Source: Lingula anatina (taxonomy: Eukaryota; Animalia; Brachiopoda). From it: a stretch of 64,000 nt of DNA. The stretch is from positions 3,906,001 through 3,970,000 of the forward strand of contig CM120645.1 of NCBI GenBank assembly GCA_051362555.1, given 5' to 3'. How positions within the stretch are numbered: position 1 is the stretch's first letter; every line of letters begins with the position of its first letter. Under the pieces are notes generated by a model. That model saw only the letters and a program-made list of their open reading frames with translations. It was not told where the DNA came from and made no database searches. Position numbers and translations under genes: made by a program. Of this stretch, positions 1 through 11,962 are shown piece after piece.

Positions 1-184
1 ATTTATCGGTATCACAGTTTTGAGAAATCTGGCCATAATCCATGCTAAAATTAAAGATGCATTTGAAGCGAGTTGGCATGTCAAATCATTGCCTAACCCG
101 ACCAAATGCCCCCTTATAGTTTCAAAAACTTAAAGAAATACCAAATATCAATTCAAGCGTAACACCAATATTTGTCCACGTCAC

Positions 185-1219
185 CTGCGTCCAGTATCCT
201 GGTGACCACAGTGGCATCAAACTCTGGCATGTAGCCCTCCAACACCCTGGACCCGTTCATCATAGGTACCCCAGCCACCGCCGTGTTGTCTTTGATACCC
301 AGGGTTTTCCCAGCCAACTTCCCAGAGGGGGCACCTTGAATATCTGTACGCCAGTACCTAAATAGTTTAAAAAAAAAGTAAAACAATGTTTAACGATGGA
401 ATTACGTTAGCATCAAGTCACTCTTCGACAAAAGATACCAAAAGTCGCATTATTCATTGTTTGCAATAAGAGATATTTTGTTCTTTCAACTGCATTGCAA
501 CATCACATGGCTGTAAGAAATGACGCTAGAAAAAAAAAGGCGTTTGCAGCGTCGTGGATTTGACAGCTATATCTCTTTTCAGATGAAAGATAATTAGTGA
601 TGGTTATTGAAGAAAAACAGTTACAGAGGAACATTATAATCAGAAAAAAATATTTATATCAAAGGGGTCACCCAGATCTAGATGGGATCAAAACCGTTTA
701 CAGATTTGTCTTACTCCCGGAATTATACTGTTTGATTACACCAAACATCAGTTTAGCGATCTTCATTATTAGGTTACGGACAATAAAGGCTCCCTAAAGC
801 GATTGACATATTTCGCTACACTCAAACCATCTATAGCCAGACGATGACTAAACATTAGCATAAAACGCCTTTAATTTAAACTGTGCCGAAAGTGCCCATT
901 TGTGCTCACCAGCCATTGAAAGGGTTGTCGTCTGCCTTTGGACGCCATCCGGGGGTTCGAGGATAATTAACAGGTAACGTAGGTTCTGCCAGTTCATCCA
1001 GCACGCTGTAGTCTTCATCAAGGCCGAGCATCCGTTCTAAGAGATAAAAAAGACAATAGACACTGGTTGTTAGTAATTGTTGTATGTGACGAAAATGACC
1101 AGTCTGTAGCACAAAGCATTCAATTGAAAGGAATGAGTAGCATGAAAAAGTTTTTATGGTCGACTTACGGATCTTTTGCGCAGACGCCAGACATGTTAAG
1201 ATGCAGAGGAGAGTGCGCG

Positions 1220-1297
<78 letters not shown>

Positions 1298-3241
1298 CTA
1301 AAAATCTGAACCTATTCATAATTATTCCATATGGCCGACATGCGACAGCATTTCAGTTATCTGATCATCTTCTTTCTGAAGGGGCCGCGATACTGTTGGA
1401 TATCTATATCGTCTGTTGCTTTTCTTCCTTGCAGCAAGTAATAAATACTGTGCATTACAGGTGTATTAATGCGTTACGTAAGAGAAATAGCATGACTGTG
1501 AATTACTATTCTACCTCTGTATGCAGTTAATTCTTCCTCCGATAGTTCCAGTCCTAGGTTCTCTGCGAGCTTTCTCAACTGACATTTGTTGGGAGGAATA
1601 AAAGTGGGCGCCTTGGCGTAACCATTGGGGACTGGAAAATTGTTAAATTTAAGAAATATAAATTCCTATAATATATTGGTGATAATGTATAAACCGATGT
1701 AATTAAAGCCAGCCTGTTAAGAAGACTTACATGTATATTATACACGGTTAATAAATTAAAGTTTGACCACATGCAGGTTTTCTGAATATATGGATATCTC
1801 TCCTGTTTAAAACGCACACTACATCGTCTTAACTTGAAATAGTGAAGGCAAAATTCCCACACCCACCCCTTAAAAACACTATAATGTGATGAAAATATGA
1901 CTTCGGGCTTGATACCCGTTGTTTATTTAGGATTTCAAACAATTTATGAAAACATCACATAACATCTGAGAAATGGTCTGTGTTTCACGTTTTATCAGAT
2001 AGCGATCACACATTGAACACGAAATTACAGGTGGCAAACAAGTCATCATGCAAGATAAATATCAGGCATTATTAACGGATGGTGGTACAATGAAGGAGAA
2101 GCTGAAGTCTAAGTTAACAGAGTTTATAACCCGCACGAAAATGCAGTAGTATCGAAGTAGCAAAAAAAGCATTAACGCAGTAGTGGTGTGGAGCATATTT
2201 GCAGTAGAAATGCAGCATAGCCTACTGCAATTCTACTCCAAAAAGTACATAGGTTTGTACAGAGAGGAGCATTAATGCAGTAGATTAGCAGCATGACAGA
2301 AGCATGTTTCAAATATGCTAATTAGCTCCCAAATCGAAGCAGATTTGAAGCATGTTTGCAGTATGATTGCAGTAGTCTACTGCGGTTTGCAGTATGATTG
2401 CGTACATGTATACACATGTAGTCTACTGCGCTGGAGTATCTACTGCGTTTTCTTGCGGGTAATTTTTGGCCGTTTGAGAAAAAATGAAGTATGGTTTTGT
2501 CTATCTTACTAGCCTAAAGCAGGAAATAAGGTACTGTCCCCCCATCCCTTTATTCCCATCATTTATATTAATAAGCACTACATTACACCTGCTTCGGGAA
2601 TTATCCTGCTGCCGGAAAAGATAGTACTGGAGAATCTCTATGTATCGGTAATGTGTTGGATGAGAGGAATCTGAAAAACTTTCAGAACGGTTATCGAAGC
2701 GGCGAAACAGATAAGTTAGATATCCTAGCCCACCCAGTGCAGCTAAGGACACCGAATAGTCCGAGTGCCCGGTCAAGGTTTCGTACAATTTACACGACAC
2801 TGGTTATCTAGAGCGCCAATGAATCAACAAAGCCGACTGGTGTTTGGGCTCATTTAAGGTGAGGAAGCCAGTGGGGCCAATATATTAACCGCAAACACAG
2901 TAACAGAAGGTAGTACGCGACTGGCGGGTCAAAAGAAGTCAGGTGTCAAGAAAAAATGTAAACCTATAGGAAATACTCTGTTGGTATAACCGTATTCGTG
3001 GCACAACCGACAAAAACTCATTTAATTATCACAGAAATGAAATTATTATTTATATATATACTCGACATTTCACCATTTATCCCCGTCTCCCACTGCGTTC
3101 GGACAATCAAGACCAGAGTGACCCCCATAAATATATAACCAATGATTTTGATACAAATACTGGTATCATTCGTGCTACGAATTGCCTCTCAAATCATAAA
3201 TTTACGAGCTTACCTCCATAAGATTCAAAATTTTCTGTCAT
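185..3241 (-). CDS. Amidase-signature family hydrolase, copy A (5' part only; exons 5-11 lie outside the window)
   Basis: Exons 3214-3241 (MTENFESYG, 28 nt), 1515-1631, 910-1036, 185-357, all GT-AG and phase-compatible. Exon 4 encodes [36 protein letters not shown]...[12 protein letters not shown], with the catalytic Lys in IKDN. Confidence 0.88.
1220..1294. repeat. Compound (CA)n(GA)n microsatellite in intron 2 of copy A
   Basis: Directly visible; it produces the spurious THTH/ERER/SLSL ORFs. Confidence 0.97.
2130..2459. mobile_element. Non-autonomous DNA transposon (MITE) with CCCGCA termini and internal GCAGTAG sub-repeats
   Basis: Inverted termini CCCGCACGAAAATGCAGTAG / CTACTGCGTTTTCTTGCGGG, with TAA on both sides. 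Confidence 0.7.
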
Positions 3242-3900
3242 TCTGCAGGCAATCTAAGCCAAATCAATGCTCAGCAGACGTCCTTCTTATCTGAATATTT
3301 TTCACCTTGCTTCTTTTTAAATGGATCTTTTCTCTGACCCTGAACCGTGTTGTTTTCCGAAGTTACCCTGTAGCAAGTGGTAAGAAGCTGTACCCTTAGC
3401 GATAAATGCTGCTCCTTCCTAGCTCCTTGGCCCTAATATCCTTTGTTAGGCCTCCAAACTGCGATATATGACGTCAGTGCCACTAGTGGTGCTTGGGGGA
3501 GGGTCTCCTCACGCCTTGGTTAATATCCCTCATATCAAAATAGGCCCCTGGAGACGTGGTTTTGACAGCGCCCCTTGCTATAGAACCTTGAGATAGCTTC
3601 GGGACGCTAACGTTTTTTTTTAATTTTTCTAAGGTGCTCCCATTCCTTTGGCTGAATCTTTGTCAGGTAGGCTTGTGGGAACGAGCAATAATATCATTGG
3701 ACGCTGCAGCCTGTATTAATGCGCTATATGTACAGTTTTAATCTATCTTGAGATATTGAACTGTTGACTTACTACCAATGTACGTTTTTTAAAGTCTTCA
3801 TTTATTTATTTTTTGTGTCAAGTTTGATAAGAACTTGGCGTCTCACCTCTGTATAGAATGGCCTAGGATAACCGACTGTACGGGAGACGCACTGCCGGGT

Positions 3901-3945
3901 GGGGGGGGGGGAAGGGGGGGGAGGGGGGGGAGGGGGGGGAGGGGG
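3901..3945 (+). repeat. G-run tract (runs of G separated by A), potential G-quadruplex
   Basis: Five G runs separated by A or AA, about 660 bp upstream of the copy A start codon. Confidence 0.8.
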
Positions 3946-4510
3946 TTGGACTGGTTGCAGAAAGCATTTTTCCGTCCTTAAGTGACATCCATCGGCTACA
4001 AGTCCGGGTAAGGGGTGAGAGAAGGGGACGGTCAGTGTGGTGGTAAACTCAAAGTTTGTCACAGACATGCCAAGTCTGGACCTTCTCATCAATGGTGTCC
4101 CCTTGTCACTAATTGGCACTTCCAACAACATGCCAAGCAAGCAGGAGGCGAAGCCAATGGTTTTTACGGATGTCACCTTGATTTGCAGTCGGGGTATTAA
4201 TCGACACAGTAGCCTATACCACAAAAAGATATAATTATTTAATTAAAAAAAAGAAACAACTTTTAATGGATGCCACATCCAAAAACGGACATTTGCCAGG
4301 CCACACATGAACTAATAAACCGACGGATCCATCATTTTCCTCTAAGAGAGGCAGAGACTGGATTTTTTGTCTTGTTCGTTCGTTACCTTATTTCTTATTT
4401 TATTTAACTCTTTTTTACTTTTTCTTATTAATTTGTTTATTTGTTTATATAAGAGAAAACTGGGCACACACCCACTGTGCTTTTCCTGTAATAGCTTTTG
4501 CTATGTATGG

Positions 4511-4544
<34 letters not shown>

Positions 4545-5069
4545 CGGTGTAGATATCCGTTTTATCATTTATTCATATTTAGAACCCACTCACACCTGAT
4601 GTTTTAAAATGTTTTCTTTAGAGGCAATAATGTTGATAAAATTGAAAAGACATCGCCAAGTGGCATCAAATTTATACGCGGTAACAATGTATCATCATAA
4701 GGTGCTATTAAAAGCCACGTGTTTAATGGGCCTTTTGCAGATTGATGCCGCCATGTTGACTTTTTGTGCTTTATGACGAGCTTGCTCTGCAGTAGACAAA
4801 CGAATGCTAGAGAGTAAGCTCTGCATGTAAGAATTCAACATGGCGGCACCTAGCTGCACGTTTCTACCATGCACTGCAATTAATCCCCGAGTGCAATGCT
4901 TTCAGCATTGGATTTGTAGAATTTTAATTAAAAAATTAATTGATTAATTCAATTAAAATTTAAGAATTAAAAATAGCATTCATATAATTTAAAATCATCG
5001 TTGTTAGTCGAAAGTAATGAAAATAATTCCCCCTCCAGTTGCCATGGTCGCACATTTTCCCTCTATAAA

Positions 5070-8000
5070 CTATTCATCTCGTTTTTTCTCAAAACCATAA
5101 GCAGCTTTCAACACTGTGACCTCATCAAAGTGTTTTCCGATGATCATGAGGCCAACCGGAAGTCCACCTGCAAATCCAGCGTTGATGCTGAGTGCCGGGT
5201 GGTGAGTTAGGTTGAACTGGCTTGCGTTGTGGAGTACGCTTTTGTTTAAGTTCTCTGAATGCAAACAAAAAGTCTTTGTTAAGATAAAAACATTATATTT
5301 TCTTTTCGAGTGCATTAGACCATAGAACGGGATTTAAATAATAGAGATGAGTACTAACATAATACTGATATTAAAATGATATTTAAAAGCCATCAATGTC
5401 ATCACATGGAAAGTGATTAACTTGGAAAGAGAAAATATCCCGAACAAAGGGATATATGCAATAGCTCACCCACTGTTTTGCAACATTTTGATTTAAAGAT
5501 TTTAAATTATACTAATGTAAAATGAATATCTTCGTCTACAACTCATTTTACCCTGAATGCTTGCTCCTTTCTTAGGCAGCTCTGATTGTAAGGTGCGCAT
5601 CGTGGGCATAACGATGACGTCATAGTTGGCGAGGGCGTCGTCATAGGCCTTCCGCAGCAGTCGTGAACAGTTCATGGCTTTAGCATAGTGGATGTGGTTG
5701 TACCGTTGTTTGGTGTACTCCCCGAGTAAAGCCATTATCTTGACAGGGTGTGAAACGTCATTGAAATGGGTTCTGATCCCCCGAGCCGTGGCCTGTTGCA
5801 TGGAAGTTGGGTAGAATCCAGGGAAGCCAAAGGCGGTTCCTGGAAACAGAACGAAATCGGAAAACAGTTAGGGACCCGTTTCACGAAGCAGAAAAATTTA
5901 GACCAATTTTCCCATTTTTAGACTACCCTTGATCTACCATTTTTAGAAAACCCTTGATACAGAAAATTGGAATTGTCGAAGGTATGTGCGTAATATTATT
6001 CAAAATCTTAATTTAATAACGGCTCTAAGTACACATACAGTACATAGTTGACGCTCAGAACCATTAAGACTGACCTTTAGTGAAAATCTGGTTGATGAAA
6101 GTTATCCCCATCCCACGTAACGACCATTATTTAGTATCACACATGTCTTGGTAGTGTACTACCCGTTCCTTATATTTCTTGCCAGTGTTTACGTCCCTTT
6201 TCTTAAGTTTCAAAATTTTATAGGCTCCCTTTTTTTCTACCTTACGTATGCTACACCTTTTAATAAAAAAGAGAAAAAACTTACCTCCTGCATTAAGAGC
6301 ATTTTCACTACATCCCTCAAATAATATTGCAACACCAATCTTTCTTCCTGAAATGAGTTTCACAAACAAATAAAGTTGATAACTAAATTGCATTTGGTCA
6401 CCGTATATATGACTCTTTCAATTAAGGGTGAGAAATTCGCTGTGAGGCCAATATTTTCGTTCGACAGCGATGGCGACAACACACGCAGTTGTTGGTGGCA
6501 TGTATAGTCACATAGTTTCTGGTCTCTGCCGATTTCGCTCAACCCACCCCCTTTCATAAAGAGAGTACATCTTACCAGTAATATGCATAGGAATACTGGT
6601 TTCTTCCACAGTGGCACCGGCTGCCTCAAAATACTGCTTGGCGGACCGAACTGTGGAAACTATATGATTGTCACATTTATCAAAGCCTTCTTTTACCAAA
6701 CCCACTTTCATACCCGTCAAGTCGGCAGTCAACTAGGGTAAAGAATAAGATCAAACAAAAAAGTCATGACTCGCTATCGTGAACTTCTTTTGGATACGTT
6801 TTATCTGACAACAAAGGCTATTTATTACATATGGAGTGTGAATTTTATCATTATGTTTACCAACGTGAAACTGCGAGAAATGCGTCGGAAATTTCATAAG
6901 AATATTGTCTCATAGAGAATGTACCATTTTCAATTTTTTCCAACGGTATGTGGGATATATGTTTTACCAAACCATTTGAGAAGTGCAGGCAATGCCACAA
7001 CGCGTACCAGTTTTGAATACTCGGGCACCACAATGTTTGGCGGCTGTCTGGGGTCAAGGCCGTCATCGTATCCAGCGATTACCTGAATTGTGGCAAAAGA
7101 GAACAGATAGATCACACGTTTAATGAAAGAAATGTATGAAATTATGTAAGATAAATAAAATGATATATTCGTTTCACTTGATTCTACATTTGACAAGATT
7201 ACTGCTGTAAAAGCATTTGTGTATTAAACAATTATCGTGGGTTTGCTAGGCAATACATGTTACTTTCCTATTTACCTCTAACAGCAAGGCGCAATCTTCC
7301 ACTGTTCTTGTCATGGGTCCAAGATGGTCCAGGAAGGGCTGTACGGAGGACGCACCGGTGTACGGAACCAACCCCCACGTGGGTTTTAACCCCACAATTC
7401 CACACCACGCGGCGGGTATACGTATAGATCCACCTTGGTCGCCACCAAGAGCCATGTCTATCTGACCTCCGGCGACCTTAAAAATAATTTTATGTAATTT
7501 CTACCACTATTAAATGATAGGCCTAATAGGGAAACTGACATCAAATATGCGGAGTAATTCTTCGCTCTCTACATTGTGGCCATCTGGTTTGATGACGTCG
7601 TTTGGTGCATAGTTTTCTCTATGAAGAGATCAAAAGTATGCACAATTGTCTAAAAAATCTCCATAATTCTCAACTTGGTAATATTCACATTGCTTAGGCC
7701 TACCAGAGCTGCGCTTCCAGAACTGGACCCCCCTGCTGACAGTGTGCCATCATATGGATTCAAAATAGGCATTTTGCTGTTGGTGTCACTTCTCGCATCG
7801 AAGCATAGGTCTTCAACTGCGGTTTTCCCCAAAACCCGCCCTCCTGAAATGTGCAAAATAAACGTTGTATACTTCCCAACTGGAATCCCTTCATGAGTCA
7901 GCAGTCAAATATACATAAGGTCGTATTTTGAGACGTAAATTGTACTGCACAGAACTCAAAACTTATGCTTTTCATTCCTTGCAAATATAAAGTCATGAAT

Positions 8001-10104
8001 TACAGGAACCAATAATATTTATTCATTTCGTAACTGGTGCGGTAGTGGTATAGCAAAGGAAGTCCAGAGTCCATATGATTGATACAGGTTAGGGTAAGCC
8101 TTAAGTATGGGTCCAGTATACTAGGCAGTGCCACCTGTAAAAATTAATGTTAAATGCACCACTGTTCTCATATTAGTGGACTACCATCGGCTGCACCATT
8201 CCTGTCACGCTTGTCCAGCAAACAGTATGAGCTCACCTGCGTCCAGTATCCTGGTGACCACAGTGGCATCAAACTCTGGCATGTAGCCCTCCAACACCCT
8301 GGACCCGTTCATCATAGGTACCCCAGCCACTGCCGTGTTGTCTTTGATACCCAGGGATTTCCCAGCCAATTTCCCAGAGGGGGCACCTTGAATATCCGTA
8401 CGCCAGTACCTAATAATGTTTTTATCGATACATGCCAAAAATCTGTTAAAAAAAGGTTGCATACAAAAGATGAAAAATATGGCGAATAGTAGACACAAAT
8501 TTGGTGCATGCAACTGAGAATTAAGTGTAAGAGAAAAAAATGTCGGACAGCCACAAATGATGAAAAATCGCACTCTTTATTTTCAAACAAAACACTTACT
8601 CAGAACTCTTCACATGAATATTTACCAGCCGTTAAAAGGGTTGTCTTCTGGCTTAGGACGCCACCCGGGAGTTCGAGGGTACTTAACAGGCAGCGTTGGT
8701 TCTGGCAGTTCATCTAGTATACCATAAACCTCTTCCAGCGGGAGCAAACGTTCTGAAGAAAGAATGTCAAATTTTAACATAAAGCGACTATATTTTTTTC
8801 CTTTTTTTCAAAAATGCTTATATCACTCTAGAATGAGACGAAAGGCACATAAGGTAGGGCAAGTGGTAAATAAATAAATAGTTAAGTGGCAGTTCTTGCG
8901 TGCGTCCATGTAAACAGAAAGAAGGAAAGAAATAGAAAGAGATATAGTGAATGTCTGCGACCGTGCGTGTATGAATTTGTTGGTGTGGTGTACCTCTATA
9001 TGCAGCGAGTTCTTCGTCCGACAGCTCAAGTCTCAAGTCTCCAGCGATCTTCCTCAGCTGTTCTATGTTGGGCGGGTGGAAGGTCGGAGCCTTGGCATAC
9101 CCATCGGGGACTAAAATAAGGTTTTAACTGATTAAAGACAATTCATCTGTAAAACATATACCTCTGGTTAGCGTAGTGTTTGTGACGAGTGGTGTGCGTG
9201 ACTTACAGTAAATGGGAATCACCCAAGATGGCTCTAGTATATTGCAACGTAGCGTAAAATCAAGCCAGTTTGCAAGGTTTTGGAGAAGAGCGCACTGCTG
9301 TCAGCAATAACGATGAACTCGGAATGGAAGGGAATAAAAGCTTTTATATTTTATTCACGGGGCTATGTCTGGTTGTTATCTTAGTGTTATCTATAGAATT
9401 AGTCTTTTGCACGACAATAAGAATCCACTGCGTTTTCCGTGACACTTTTATGCTGCTTTTTAATACATCATTCGTGGGGCATTGAGTTTCACCTTTAACT
9501 TGTCGCTGTAAGGTAAACACACCTCACGCTATTGTTGTGAGGTTTCTATTCTTAAATATACCGGCGTTTCGAAGTATAGCAGGAATATGATTTCTGTGCG
9601 TTATGAGATGAAAAGACTCAGACTAGTGCATGCGCAATCATAGGGTGTGTCGAATAAAAGTTATTTGTAGTCATTCTAGGTGGAACTACGGTGGCACTAC
9701 TAGTGCGCTGGTCAAACTCATTTGCTGTGTTTGTTGTTTGTAAAGGAGCAAAGGATCGGGTTACGCCCACAGTGTGATGTTTTCCTTAACGACGGATGTC
9801 TGAAATAGCGGGCTCAGTCTGGGTTCAGCCTCACACATATGCGTGAAATGTACAGTCTGCTTCTATTACAACTAGCTGTGGACATCCGTAAAGACCGATA
9901 ATTTTTAGTTCTAAAATGACCATACCACTCAGGAGGCTTTCGGTGAAGAGTACGTTAAGTGCGTGGGTGTTTGTAATACACCGCGTCAATTTGGCCCAAT
10001 TTGACGCCCGGCAGTGTTGTAAAACGCACATAAGACATGTAGCTGTCAACAAGCAGAAAACCAATAAACTCTCACCTCCAAAAACATGCTTTCTTCTCGG
10101 CCAT
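5070..10104 (-). CDS. Amidase-signature family hydrolase, copy B (11 exons, ~517 aa if the exon-1 frameshift is ignored; possible pseudogene or homopolymer error)
   Basis: Exons 10076-10104 (29 nt versus 28 in paralogs), 8994-9110, 8626-8752, 8237-8409, 7704-7843, 7276-7476, 7008-7082, 6576-6732, 6285-6347, 5552-5839, 5070-5254. Motifs [34 protein letters not shown] and [10 protein letters not shown] are present. Exons 2-11 are open. Confidence 0.88.
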
Positions 10105-10921
10105 TTTATATGCCAAGTCCAAAATGGTGTCAGGCTCTAGGCTCTAGGGTCAGCTGAACACGTTGGGTGATATACTCTACAACGTGCCGGGTCAACAACG
10201 TAGGCGCATTACGAAGGCCACAGTGCAATCATGTGCGCTTTTCGCTAACGTGTAGAGGAAAGTGTCACGAATTAACCAGCGACATGTACATGTACGGTAA
10301 CAAAGAAGAGCAAAGGGGAAAAAATGAAGAAGCGAAACGAGAAAATCACCTTACCATAAATCCTTACGTTTCAACTTTTATCTTACAGAGCTGTTTATTC
10401 TAGATAAGTTCGACAAATATCAGCTTTCTTTGTTTATCTACTGACCACCCAAAGCACAATTTAGCATTGTGTGCGCATGCGTCAGGGTTACAAGGTTGGA
10501 AATACATGTATTGCTACCACGGTTCAACGTGAGCAACCAACGATTACACTCTGTAACGATGAGCGTTGTCTATTTCATCTTTAAAGTGAAAAGAAGAAGT
10601 CTTTTCTTCACTGCTGAAATGTAATTTAAGTATTTTCTGCAACATTCCTGATATCGAGTATTTAGCAATTATAGACAGCAATACTGAAAATAATCCACGC
10701 AGATGACAGATGTGATAACCGCACTTAATTCCCAACCAAAAGTGCGTTTTACAATTTTACCCGCTGCTAGTGAGAATGCAGACCTCTGGCAAGACAATTC
10801 AATATCATGAATCATAAATCATTCATTAATTAGCCGAATAATTAATTAATGTGCTCAATTCGCATTATCAGTAATTACTCATTAATAAAACGGCCAATTA
10901 ACTAAATTGCTATCACTATTA

Positions 10922-11180
10922 GGCTTCGTTCACATGGAATGTCTATTTTCTAAAAATCTATTTTCTATTCGCGCTATCTTATGATCACAGTCTGTGCCCT
11001 GAATATCCCGCCGCGTAATTACTGGCAGCGCAAGCCAGTTACTTATAGTAACTTACAGTAACTGGCTCGCGCTGCCAGTAATTACGCCGCGGGATATTCA
11101 GGGCACAGACCGTGATCATAAGACATACCGCAAATAGAAAATAGATTTTTAGAAAATAGACATTCCATGTGAACGAAGCC
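10922..11180. mobile_element. Foldback (palindromic) MITE, PIF/Harbinger-like
   Basis: Near-perfect ~120-bp inverted arms (GGCTTCGTTCACATGGAATG...CATTCCATGTGAACGAAGCC), with a TTA target-site duplication at 10919-10921 and 11181-11183. Confidence 0.88.
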
Positions 11181-11962
11181 TTAATTTATTAACTAACAAA
11201 TTAATTAGCTCACAACTTAATTACCACCCAAATATAGACCATTTTCGGACACATCCTGAAAATTTAAACACTGAATCTAGAGACTTCAATTAAAATGGCT
11301 GGCATATGTGTTTAGACATTTATATTGTTTCCGAAAAATAAAAACAAAACGTTAAAGCGATAACAACCGTTCTATTCGTAAGATATCAATATTTCACAAC
11401 AAATACATTGTAAATAACTCATAGAAATACAATAAATTCTATTTTGCCCCAAAACGGGAGTTAACATAATTATTTTGAAATTTGTACTTGCCATCACATC
11501 ACGTGACCTCCATAGATAGCTACACTCTGTAACAATCTATTAAGAGATTTTTTTGCATGTGTAATGTTAGTAAATGACAGCCACGAGTGAATAAGGAGCG
11601 GGGAGTGTTATGTAGAATAATTTGAGTTGATTGTCATGCTCTTATGGCATTTACAGTGTATACAACTACGCGTGATATGAACAGAGAGAAGGCCGCTATT
11701 TAAGATTGCATGAGGTAGAATAGAAATGAAGAAAGTGACGTGGGCAACAACTGGAAAGTAGTTAAATAAATAAGAAGAAAGATTATAACTGAGTTGTATT
11801 TGCTACCTCGCGTAACACCAGTAATAAAGACAACAACTTCGTCACACATGCACTTCGTTCATGGAAATGGTCGATTGCTTATGAAAATCGTCGTTGAGAA
11901 ACTGAAGTGATAATAATGATTCCCCTGTCAATGGCCTTGATGACATATTAACCCTCTAAAAA

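Noticed and set aside
906-1530. ORFs with SLSL/THTH/ERER runs
   Set aside because: They are translations of the (CA)n(GA)n microsatellite; only 910-1036 is a real exon.
3802-4234. Poly-proline ORF and overlapping ORFs
   Set aside because: The poly-Pro derives from the G-run tract; there is no recognisable domain or splice support.
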